64,000 nucleotides of DNA, from the NCBI RefSeq assembly GCF_048593235.1, contig NC_133622.1:250918055-250982054 (forward strand). Direction: 5' to 3'. Every line of letters starts with the position of its first letter. Within the stretch, counting starts at the first letter, position 1. The position numbers and the translations under genes were made by a program. Positions 38,701 to 50,700 of the stretch are shown here, one piece after another. Source of the stretch: Sminthopsis crassicaudata. Its lineage: Eukaryota. The notes beneath the pieces are model-generated. The model saw only the letters and a program-made list of their open reading frames with translations, ran no database searches and was not told the origin of the DNA.

Positions 38701-41700
38701 CAGGCGGCCCTCGCTGAATGGGGAGGCCGGCATGGGGCCCATCCCCCCACCCCGGGCCCACGGTTCCTTCTCCCACATCCGGGACGCCGACCTGCTGAAG
38801 AAGAGGCGCTCGAGGCTCCGGAGCAGCTCCTCACTCTCTGTGGACGACGCCGAGTCCGGGGCCGCCGGGCCCTCGGTGAGTCGGGCCGTGGGTCATTGGG
38901 CGGGGGCGGCGGCCGTGGTACCTCCCGTGCACGTGCAGTCGGTGTCTCGATGGAGCCATCTCCCGCCTGAGTGTGGCGCCGAGTGTCCGTGGCGCCGAGT
39001 GTCCGTGGCGCCGTGGAACCGCTCGGGCTCCGACCTCTGGTTTGGCAGACTTGTGTCTGGGCCCGGACTATGTAGAATACTTGTCCACACGATTTGAACC
39101 CAGGACTTCTGACTAGCGTCAGTGCTCTCTTGCCTGCCCCACGCCGGTTCCGTTATTGTCCCAAGTCGTGGGCCCAGTAGTGCTGAGGGACAGACGGCCC
39201 GAGGGCCGGGTCTGAGGTCCCACAGCAGCCAGGTCAGGCCTGGAATCTGGGCCTTCCAGCTTCCGAAGTCAGCTCGTTTTCTCACCATCCTCCACTTCCA
39301 GTCATGGGACGGCTGGGGGGGGGCCTGGTGGGGGCTCACCCTGACAAAGGGGGAGATGGGAAAGGAGACGCCCGTGGGGGGCAGTCTGCTGAGAGCTGCG
39401 TGGGGCAGATGTGGACAGGGCCGGGATCACGTCCACATCCACGGCCACGGCCAACGCACGCCTGCCTGACCCGGCCCAGTTCTGGACCCCCACGGATGAG
39501 GGGAGGCGTGTCCACAGGAGGGGGAAAGGCGTCCATTTGCAGAGTAGTAGAAGGAACAGGGGACTGATTGGGCTGGGAGAAGACGAGGGGCTACTCTGGC
39601 TCTATGTGTTCCCAGAGGGCAGAAGTGGGACACAAAATCCATTCTACAGCAGGACAGATTAGGCCGCCCAGGGCTGGAGTGAGCTTCCTGTCTGTAGGGG
39701 GTATCCAAGGAGAGACCAGATGGCCACTTGCTGGGGGGTTGCGGAGGGACCCTGGTTCTGGGCCACTGGGAACAGGCGTCTTCTGCAGGCCACCTGCTGC
39801 TTTTTTTTTGGCAAGACAGCTAGAAAGGGCTAAGTGTCCACTTTCCCTCAGGGTCTCAGTTTCTCCAGCTGTAGAATGGCTTGCTGCCCACTCCCGCCTC
39901 CATCCGTCAGACAGTCCCTCCGGAAATATCCCGTGAGAAGCTGTATCCCTGGAGGTTTTCCCGAGGGCCGGCCTTCAGGAAGGGAGACCCTCAGGGCCTC
40001 GGCACAGAGCCAGCTCTTCTGGGCTAGTGGGCGCCTGGAGCCGGGCCCTGCTTGGGGGAGCCGAGGCCCAGATGAGGCAAGAGCCTGTTCTTGAGGAGCT
40101 TCCGGCCCAAAGTTCCCAGGCTTTTGTGGCCTGGAGGTCAGCGTGAGTCACCGAGGGGCGGGGAAGGCCAGGCCTGGCTGCAGGCCTTGAAGAGTCAGGG
40201 GAGATGAGTGTCCTGGACGGGCCAGGAGCCGCCCTAGCCTCCGCCCTTGCCATCCTCCATCCAGCGGGGGCCGGGGAGGCAGCTCGGCCAAAGAACCTCT
40301 GAGGAGGCTGAGCGGGGTGGCGAAGGGCCCAGAGGTCCCGGGAGCAGAGCTGGAGGTCCCACGAGGGAGGAGGCTCCGGAGGCCGCAGGAGCAGGTTTAG
40401 GCGGGTTTGGGCCGCGGGGCTGGAAACTCTGGAACAATCTAAGTGGAATGAGCTGCCTCAAGGAGGCGGGTGCCCTGTGATGGGAGACCACTAGAAACGT
40501 AGGGCTCCCAGACAGCGCCTCTTTTTCTCTCAGTCGTCACTCCCTTTTTGATTTTTCCAAATACAGCAGAGAGTTCTCAGCACTCACCTTCCAAGCCTTG
40601 GGTTCCAAATTTTTCTCCCTCCCTCCCTCCCTCTCTCCCCATTTTCCAGAACAGATGAAACAGGAGGTAAACTGAGGCAGGCGGTTGGCCCGGGGGCCCA
40701 GGAAGGGTGTGCTGGCTGGCCATTGGCCGGCCGCAGGGGCTGGGAGAAAGTTCTGGCGTGATTCGGGCCAGATACTTGTCCAGGGCAGAGGTTCTGGGAG
40801 GGGGCTTCAGTTAGGAACCCAGAGCAAGGCTGGGAAGCGCCCCCTGCTAAGAAGTCACCCCTTGCCAGCTCCTTGAGGGCGGGGCCTTTTGCCTCTTTTT
40901 GTGTCCTGAGCAATTAGCTCAGTGGCTGGGAGCGCTTATGGGTGTTTCTTGCAAGTGATTGACAGCCATCCCTCCCCCCCCAGGCCCATCCATCTTAGAA
41001 TGGGGAGCATTCATAGGGAGAGGGGCTGGGAACGTGGAAGGCTGGAGTTGGCGACTCTGAGCTCATGAGTGCCCCTCTCTGGGCCCGCGTGACCCCACTT
41101 GGACAACCGCGCTGGTGTTTCATGTTCTAAGGCCCCCCAGCTCAGACATCCCACGTTCTAAGGCCCCCAGCTCCATCATCTCATGTTCTAAGGCCCCCCA
41201 GCTCAGACATCCCATGTTCTAAGGCCCCCAGCTCCATCATCTCACGTTCTAAGGCCCCCAGCTCCATCATCTCACGTTCTAAGGCCCCCCAGCTCAGACA
41301 TCCCATGTTCTAAGGCCCCCAGCTCCATCATCTCACGTTCTAAGGCCCCCAGCTCAGACATCCCACGTTCTAAGGCCCCCCCGCTCCATCATCTCACGTT
41401 CTAAGGCCCCTCCTGCTCTGAGTTCCGTGTTCTCCGCTCCAAGTTCTGCTCCGATCGGGCTTTCTATGTTCTGAGGCCTCTCCCAGCTCCGCCTTGTGTT
41501 CTGAGCCCCCAGCCTCTGACACGCCGTGCTCTATGGCTCTGCTGCCATTTGTTGAGCCCCTCTGTTCCGGGCTCTGTTCGATGTTCTAGGTCATCGCCCC
41601 CCCCCCCCCCCCCCAGCTCTGACCCTGCAGTCAGTAACCTCTGCTTGCTTGCTCTTTTTAAATTCCTCTCTAACTTGTTTTCAGCCTCTGGCTAAGGTCA

Positions 41701-44700
41701 GTTCTGCTTTCTGTGTTCTCCCAGGCCTTGGGCCCTGAGCTTTCCCACACTGGGAGCCTCGGGCTGCGGCTGGACATCTAGGGCGGGGACCCAGACTGCC
41801 CTGGAGCCACCCCATGGGAGGACCGCTCCGTGGGTGCGGGGAGGAGCCTGGGAGGCGGCCCAGACTCAGCTCCTCTGGGGCAGAGGAAGGAAGGGCAAGG
41901 TGGGCGGCAGGGAGCTAAACGGGCAGCTCTGAGGCAAGTGGGAATTTCCCAGTGAATGGAAATTGGACAGGGGGGGCAGAGGGCTCCTCCCCAGTATCTA
42001 GGGGGGTAAGGAGGGACGGTTTGGGGAGCCTCCTCCCAGAACAGGCTGGCCGAGTGGCACAAGTTGGGGCGCAGCCCCTTTGCTCATTTCCCAGGGTCAG
42101 AGAGCACCCGGGCCCACAGCCCCCTTCCCGCTGGCCGAGGCTCCCGGCTCACCCTCCGACCCCGGCCCTCCCTCTGCCCATCTCCTGTTCCTGTGGCAGG
42201 TCTGGGCCTCACGTCTCTCGCCAAGCTTGCGGCCCCTTTGCCAATGAAGGGAGCTTGAAGGGGGAAACAAAGTGGGGCATGGGGGGGCGTTCTCAGGAGT
42301 GGGGAGGGAGGGGGCAAAGGTGGGACCCCAACGAGTGCCTCTGGGAGTATCGGAGGAGCTGGCAGCTGAATGTGGCTGGGACAGGACCTTCGGGGTCCCT
42401 GAGGAAAAGCCCTTCTTGTGTAGGGATCGCTGCAGGCCGGTGCAGGGGCTGGAGTCAGGAGGCCCTGAGTCAAACCCGGCCACGAGACTCCGGGCAAGTC
42501 CCTCGGCCCTGATTGCCTCAGTTTCCTCACCTGTCAAATGAGCTGGAGGCCACCGAGAGTTGGACCCCACTGAATAATCCCATTTTACAGATGAAGAAAC
42601 CGAGACCCAGGGAGGTGAAGGAGCTTTCCCAGAGTCATCCAGCTCATGCTTGGCAAGGCTGCTGTATAGATGAGGCTGGTTTTTGTTTCAGACATGCAAC
42701 ATGAGGATCTTTAAAATCTCTTTTCGAGGGGAAGGAAAATGTTTCCCAGGTGTGGCCCATTTCTGTCCCTTACAATTGGTGCCGAGCCCAGGTCGAGCCC
42801 GGGCCGCCCCCGGCGGCTCCGCGCTCCCCCAGATCTCCCCCTTGTCCGCAGCCAGTCCCCGTTATCTTCGCCTTTCCTGGCCACACCGTCCCGCTCGCTT
42901 TAGTTCAGAGGCGACTCTGGAGCTTCCCCGAGCTCTTCAGTTGTTATTTCTCCCAGTCTGTTCCCTCCCGTCCCTACCGGGCTCCGTCCTCTGGCCCCCG
43001 TTCTCCGAGTCCCGAACAAGCCGGGCACGCCGGGCCCCTCCCTCTGCCCTCGGCCGGCTCAGTTCCCCGCAGGTTGCACTAACCCCAGATCCCGGCCGGT
43101 CCCGCTGGCCCCCAGGACCAAGGCCGCCGGGAAGAGGGTGCGGTGAGAAGTCACCTGAGTGAGGGGGTGTCCAGTCCGGCGGCGCAGAGAGACCTGGGAG
43201 CTCAGGGAGGAATTGGAACTCCCTGAGTCTCACTTCTCCTTTCCCTGAATCCACAGCGAGCCCTGGACCAAGAGGGAAAGCCCAGCCAGGGTGCCCCCTC
43301 CCGTCCCGTTGGGGGGGAGCCTCCGGCCACCCCCAGGCCGAGCGCAGGCCCGAGTCCGGTCCAACAGCCTGGATCTGAGGGCTCCAGGAATCGTGGAGCC
43401 TCTACACTTGGCCTGGAGGAGTCACTGGGCCCGAAAAACCCCAGGGTCCAAGCCTTAGGAAGGGGCAGAGAATCAGCCACAGGAGGCACTCCCACAGGGG
43501 AGAGCTTCCTGCAGGAGGCCACCCTTGAGCTGGTCTTTGACAAATGAGCTCGCGGTGTCCTCAAAGGCTTGGGGCGAGATGTGAATGGTGTGGGGGGGAC
43601 CTAGAGAGGGGTGGGAGTGGGAACGGACAGTGGGGGGACTCAGATGAGGCTGGAGGGGCCGGGTGAGGCTGGCTGAGAGTGGGCTTTGCAGACCCCTGGA
43701 GAAATTGTGCAGTAGGAGCCCTGGAGGCTGGCTGAGAGAGATCTGGCCTGGGAGGCAGGAGGGCGTCGAGGTTGTTTCGAGAGATTGGCAGGATGAATTG
43801 GAGGAGTCTTAGTCCGGGCTCTGGGGGGTTCTAGAGAGGGGACCCAGAGGACTAGGCGACTGAGTGGGCCCAAGATGGCGGCTCTGGCTGCCCGCCGGGC
43901 AGAGCGGGGCTCAGAGACTGCCTCTGTCTGGCTGCCCGGCCCCTAGGACAAGAGAGCGGCCAAGGGCTGGCCTGGTGGGCTTTGGGAGAGGGCGTCTCCT
44001 TCCCATGAGGAGCTGGCACAAGAAACCGGGGGGCGTGGCTTAGCCCTTTGCGGTCGGGGGGGGTGGGGGGTGAGAGGTGCCTGACGTGTAAATGCCGTGT
44101 TTTACGTGTTTTACGATGGAGGCTCCGATATGCCACCGGCCACACCGTGACATACGGGCTGTGTTGCGTATAGCGTTATGTGATGTTCTGCTGCAGTGTT
44201 GTGTGATGTTGTGTCTTACGGAACTTAGGGAACACATTGTTTGAATACATAGAATATATATCTTATTTGAGCTTCATAATGAGGAAAGAGACAGAGAAAA
44301 GAGAGAGACCCAGACCCAGACCCAGCCAGGGTGTGTCAGAGGCAGGACCAGAACCAGGTCCACCTGAGTCCAAGTCCGGCCTCCTGCCCACCACCTGCTG
44401 CCTGCCTAGTGGGGGTAGCCGAAAGGCTGGGGGGGTAACAAGTGGAGGAGGGAGCCCCCCGCGCGTCCGACGCTTCCCCCTTGACCACTCCTGCTGCCTC
44501 TTCCCTCTGGGCCCCAGGAGCTCCCAGAGCCTGGCAGCTCCTCCCCTCCCTGGTCTGTGGGCCAAGGGTCCGGCTCTAACACACAAAGCTTGGCCCAGGA
44601 AGGGCGGGTGAGCCAAGGTGATTGTGTCAAGGCCCCATTGTCAGAGAGGCGCCAGCCCTTTAATGGCCTCCCCCAGGCCCTGGCCGACCTGGCATGGGGA

Positions 44701-47700
44701 TCCCGGGGACCCAGACAGAAGAAGAGCTGAGGTGGCCGTGGGCCCGTCCAGCCTTTGGGGGCCAGAGAAGCGAGCCTGAGCCCTGCAGGAACCCAGGGAT
44801 AAAGCCCGAGGCTGCCTCCAGCCTCCCCAGGCTGGGGTGGCACAGGCTGCCGGGGTTTGGGAACTCCCTTTCCCGATTCAGAGCAGGGCCTGCTCGGCAG
44901 TCTGGAGCCTGCAGGGATGGTGGCTGTGACCACATCAGTTCCTGCCCTCCCCCCGGGGCTGCTGGGTGATGTCAGTCTCTGCCATTATTAGGGCCTCCCA
45001 GGGTCAAGGGTAGGAAGCCAAAGATTCGAATCCAGACCTCTGACTGAATCCCCGCTGAGAGGAAAGAGCTCTAGCTCAGGAGAAGCCTGGAACTTTGACT
45101 TTGGTCCTGCCTTGGTTTCCCTAACTGACCCCTTGGCGTTTTCTTCCCCAAAGCGCTGAGAGCCCCTCCATGCCCTCAGCAGTCGAGCTCCTTGGGCTTG
45201 TGCACTGGATGTCCCGTGGGAGTGGGAGTGGGAGGGCCCAGCGGGCCCGGCTCTCGCAGGGGAACCCCACCTCTCTTGGTCTGTCCTTGGTGAGAGTCTA
45301 CAGAGGGGCCGTGGCCGGAGAGATGGAGGGGGCCCCTGGGAAGCAGAAGGGCCGACCCGAGCCAAGATGGGCTAGTAAGTGGTTAAGGTGCTGGCCAGCG
45401 CCCCAGAGAGGGCCTGTTCTGGGAGCACGGAGCCAAGGGGAGGCTGGAGCCTCCGGGCTAAGGGCCATGTGGGAGAGAGGAGGCCGTGGAGAAATCCCGC
45501 CCAAGGGAGCGAGCCCTGGGCCAGGAGAAGGCCGGGAAGGGGCGCCCAGCTTGGTGTCGGGCTCGGAAAGGCAGACCTTTATCGTGGGACCTTAGAGCAC
45601 TTGCTTCTTCTGAGCCTCAGTTTCCCCACCTGTAAAGGGCATAGAGCAGCTGCTCTCTCGTGCCTCTTTTCACTCAGAGGCTCCTCCCAGCTCTGAAATC
45701 CTGGGTCCAAGGCCTAAGAGTTTTTTGTGAAATATCAGGCTGACCTGGGCCACCCTCAAGGGCCGAATTGAAGCCGGTTTCCTCCTTTTGCACAAAATTC
45801 ACCCCAAATCACGCCTCCTTTCTGGGCTTGAGTTCCCCATTTGTGGCCTTTGTGGCCCCCCAAGTTTAGCATTGGATTTTCCTCTGAAATTCAGCTCACA
45901 TGTGGGTGGGGGGAGCCAGTCTCCCCCGCCCGGAAGGTCAGAGGTCAGCCCAGAGGGCGTGGGTGAGGGCAGGGGGTGGGGGCAGGGGGTGCCCAGGAGA
46001 TCTGATGGGGTCATCGGCCAGTGTCTCTGGGGGCCCGGATGGCTCCCGAGGGTTTTGTTAACGAGATCCCAGGGCGTGAAAAGCCAAGAAGGCAGGGAGC
46101 TCCGCCCTTCGACTCCATTGTACTGCTCAGAGATGGGACCCAGAGCTACCCCAGGTCCAGACTGGGACCCTGCTCTTGGTCTCCAGGCCTCTGCTCCCGA
46201 CCGTCTCCCTCCCTCCAGGCTGGAGACAGATACTTATGGTGAGGTTGAGGGCAAGTGATAGAATATTTGGGAGCTCCGGGCACCTGGAGGCTCCTTCCCC
46301 ATCCCAGGCCCTGCTGCCTCCCCCTTCTCAGAGAAAACCTCGGATAACCGCCTGTTAGGCAAGTCTGGAGGGAAAAGGGATTTTCTTCCCATAAGCACCT
46401 TGTGAGACGGCTGGTACAGAGTTCCCCAGTATGGGCTATTCTAACCCATTGCCCGTCTGGCCCCGAGTGTGCCCATCATTTGTCTGCACGGTGGTCTCTT
46501 CGGTAAAATGGGAATGACAATGTTTGCTCTGGAGCTATTTGCCCCCATGGCCTCCCTTTCTCTGAGCCTCACCTGTAAAATGGGGAGGTGGCCTAGTGGA
46601 CCCCTTTTTTCACCCAGATCTAGGGACCCCTATCCTCTGCCTCTCACCAGACCCACTTCCTTCTCTACAGGAGACCCCGGCTCCAGATTCTGTCTCGGTC
46701 TCCGCCAACCAGAAGCCCATCGGTAAGCCTGCAGCTCCTGGTGCCAGGGAAGGGGGGAAGTGGGGGAGAAGGCAGCGTGCCAGGCCCAGACTCCCCTCCC
46801 CCGGGGTCATCCCAGCCTCAGCCATCCCGTCACACAGACAAGCTTCAGGGGCCCCACTTGATGAGATGAAGTCCCCTCCAGCCCCGGGATATTCAGCGTG
46901 ACCTCTGTTTCCAGATGTGAACCTGTCTGCGGAGGAATCTTTGCCAAGTTCTAGTTCCGGCATCAGCCCCAGTGAGGAGCCTGGGATGGTGAGAAGGGCT
47001 GGGGCAGGAGGGGCAGGGGCACGGGGAAGGGGAAGCTGGGGCCCTCCACCCCAAATCTTGGCTCTGAGGGGAGGGGGGCTGTTGTATCCAAGGGAAGCCA
47101 TGTCTGAGAGGCAAAGAGAAAGAGACAGAGAGATAGAGACAAGGAGAGCCAGAGAAGCAAGAGGAAGAGGGAAGACAGAGACAGAGACACAGAGAGACAG
47201 AGAAAAGCAAGAGAAAGAGAGGAGACAGGTGTTCAGGAAGCCATGAGTTCGGGTCCTGCCTCCTCCTTGTCCACGCTCTGGCTAGCTAAGAGAAGGAGCT
47301 GAGACCTGCCCATGAAGCGAGTTTCGTCCTCCCTATGAAGGCTCAGCTCCAGCCCTGGCTGCTCTCCAGAGGATGCCAGTGGGCCAGGGGACCGGCAAGG
47401 ACTTTGGCCTTAGGGAGGGATGAGGGCCCCCGCAGTGCTGGGAGCAGGGGCAGGAGCAGGGCCCCCCAGACTGAACAGCCTTCCTCTCCCCCCTCAGCAG
47501 CGTTTCCAGGACACGAGCCAGTACGTGTGTGCCGAGCTCCAGGCCTTGGAACAGGAGCAGAGACAGATCGATGGGCGGGCGGCCCAGGTAGAGACCCAGC
47601 TGCGGAGCCTCATGGAGACAGGTACTGGCTGGACTGCCCCTCACGGGCTCTGTGTCCCCAAAGGGAGGTTAAGGATACCCACGGCCCACCCCCAGCTCTG

Positions 47701-50700
47701 ACGTTCTTCCTTCTAGATTCAGAGCCCCTCCTGGCTCTGACATTCGGGATTCTAGACTATCCTGTCTGTGTTCTCGGTTCCAAGCTCCCTCCTGGCTCTG
47801 ACATTCCCTCCCCTCAGCCCTAGCATTCAGGTTCTAGACTATCGGGTGCATGTTCTCGGTTCCAGCCTTTTTGGGTTTCTGGCATTTCCTATTCTGGACT
47901 CTAAACCTGTCTGGGCTCTTCTCTCTCAGAGAGACTGGCCTTCTGACTTGTCCTCTATGCTGCCCTCTAGTGCCCGGCAGTGGAATTCCAGGACTAGACT
48001 CTTAGACCTGAGGTCCTAAAGCGGGTTTTGTCTTTTCCAGCCTTGATTCATGCAAAGATTATACAATGAATGATTCTTAAGTACCTCCTGTGTGCAGAGC
48101 CTTGCTTCCTGTTCTAGGAGAGACTGAGTTCCAAAAGTTACAGTTTCTTTCCTCTATTATTAGATGACCATAATCAGGGCTTTCTGATAGATGTTTAACA
48201 ACCAGCCCCTTCACTAAGATAAAATGTACCCACCGCATACTTGTAAGTTTAACTTAGTGCTTAGAATGTGGGACGGTCACTACGAAAGGCTCGGTTCTCA
48301 GAGGTTCGGGGATCCAAAGCAACCCCAATAGACTCCGGACAGAAAATGCCCTCTGCACCCGAGAGAACCAAGGACGCTGAATGTAAATCATCCCCTGCTA
48401 CATTCACTTCTTTTTCCTGGTTTTTTTTTTTTTTTTCCCATCTCTCCCGTGGTTTTTCCCTTTTGCTTGGATTTTTCTCTCCCAATCTGATTCCTAAAGC
48501 AGTGTGTGTTAAAAATAAATAAAATTAGTGCAGAAATAGTCTAATCTGCTTTATTAACATTTTCTCTTAAGTGTAGGAATTTTTGAAAAAGGTAAATCAA
48601 GCTCAGATTTGTAGTTTTTGCCAAGTCTCCACTTGCAAACGCTCACGCTAAAAATTTAACAATCTTCTCCAAGTACTAGCTGACTCAGGCTAGATATAAC
48701 TGGCAGTCTTGTGGCATTCTCAGTGTTTTGGTAGCTGAGGAGATCTGGGAAGGCTTCCTGGAGGAGGCTTTGAATTGGGCTTTTAAAGGAATGGCAGAAT
48801 CTTAACAGAAGAGACAGGGGAGGGAGAGCATCCCAGCTAGGAGGAATGGTAGCAAAAGCATGGAGATGGGACGACTCAGGCCATCTGTATTTTCACAGAG
48901 TTGCTACCGCAAGCAGGGTGCTTTTCAATAGGCAGGGTCAAGGGAAAGGTCCTCCCCCCACCCCACCCTCACCCTCAGGTGGCTTACAGCTGAGGGAGCA
49001 TCAGCTCTTCAGAGCTGTCCCCCAACCCCCATACCCTTCCAGGTGCCAACAAGCTGCAGGAGGAGGTGCTGATCCAGGAGTGGTTCACACTGGTCAATAA
49101 GAAGAATGCCCTGATCCGGACGGCAGGACCAGCTCCAGCTCCTGTGAGCCCATCCCCACTCCTGCCCCCCCTGGGGGGGGGGAGGGAGCAGTCCTCATCA
49201 GGTTCCCCATCTCTAGTTCAGGTCCTTCCCTTCACCATCAGAGTCTTTTCAAGCACCTACTGTGTGCTGGACTTTGTCCTGGGTGGCCCAACCAGGCTAT
49301 GGCCCCCTTGCCCATCAAGTTATCTGGCTGACTGGACATGCTCGGTCNNNNNNNNNNNNNNNNNNNNNNNNNNNNNNNNNNNNNNNNNNNNNNNNNNNNN
49401 NNNNNNNNNNNNNNNNNNNNNNNNNNNNNNNNNNNNNNNNNNNNNNNNNNNNNNNNNNNNNNNNNNNNNNNNNNNNNNNNNNNNNNNNNNNNNNNNNNNN
49501 NNNNNNNNNNNNNNNNNNNNNNNNNNNNNNNNNNNNNNNNNNNNNNNNNNNNNNNNNNNNNNNNNNNNNNNNNNNNNNNNNNNNNNNNNNNNNNNNNNNN
49601 NNNNNNNNNNNNNNNNNNNNNNNNNNNNNNNNNNNNNNNNNNNNNNNNNNNNNNNNNNNNNNNNNNNNNNNNNNNNNNNNNNNNNNNNNNNNNNNNNNNN
49701 NNNNNNNNNNNNNNNNNNNNNNNNNNNNNNNNNNNNNNNNNNNNNNNNNNNNNNNNNNNNNNNNNNNNNNNNNNNNNNNNNNNNNNNNNNNNNNNNNNNN
49801 NNNNNNNNNNNNNNNNNNNNNNNNNNNNNNNNNNNNNNNNNNNNNNNNNNNNNNNNNNNNNNNNNNNNNNNNNNNNNNNNNNNNNNNNNNNNNNNNNNNN
49901 NNNNNNNNNNNNNNNNNNNNNNNNTGACTGAGACTGATGCAGGGGTGGGACTTGCCCAGGGTCAGCCACAGGGGAACTGCGGTATTCCATCTCCTGCAGC
50001 GCCATCTAGTGGTGTCTGGATTGTTTGCAGAGCTCTGCCTCCGTTTATCCCATGGGATCCCAGCCGGGGATGCCCCTGTCTCCAGGGGGGGTGCGGAGAG
50101 GGGGTCCTGCCGCCAGCTCTCAAGTCTCTGAGGCCCTCTAAATGGAGGGCACCTGGCTGTGACCCTGGGCAGGCAGCCGCCCCTAGGACTGGGGATGGGC
50201 CCCAGGCTCCGTGGCGTGCTGGGCACAGAATTGCATTCACCGAAAAGTTTTATTAAAAGGAGGAGGCTTCTTGGTGTGCCCGGCACACACAGGGGTGTCC
50301 GTGCAGTGACATGCGGCGCTCTCCAGGGCCCGGCCCCGCGGTAATCATGGCGCCTCCCGTCAGACAGCCCTTAAGGAGGATGGAGTAGGGATCTCAGCCG
50401 CTGTCCCCACTTTACTGAGGAAGGCTGAGCAGGGAGTGACTTGCCTTGGATTATGGAGCCAGCGGAGAGAGTTGGTGATGCAGTGAATAGAGCACCAGCT
50501 CAGGAGGGTCTGAGTTCAAATATGGCCTTGGACACCTAACACTTCCTAGTGGTGTGACCCTGGGCAAGTCATTTAACCCCAATTGAGGAAGGAAGGAAGG
50601 AAGAGAAAGGAAGGAAGAAAGAGAAAGGAAGGAAGAAAGAAAGAAGATAGACAGAGAGGTAGATAGAGCCAGTAGGTCCCAGGGAGACGCCAAAACAGTC

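Noticed and set aside
39940-40480. Exon-like purine-rich stretches in EHBP1L1 intron 12
   Set aside because: I could not find a consistent acceptor/donor pair with an open in-phase frame or recognisable homology.
46219-46238. Candidate 20-nt EHBP1L1 exon (ccctccag|...|gtgagg)
   Set aside because: It breaks the phase between exon 12 (phase 0) and exon 13 (phase 0), and I recognise no homology.
50468-50540. tRNA-like A and B boxes
   Set aside because: No cloverleaf; it continues into a SINE body and a simple-repeat tail.
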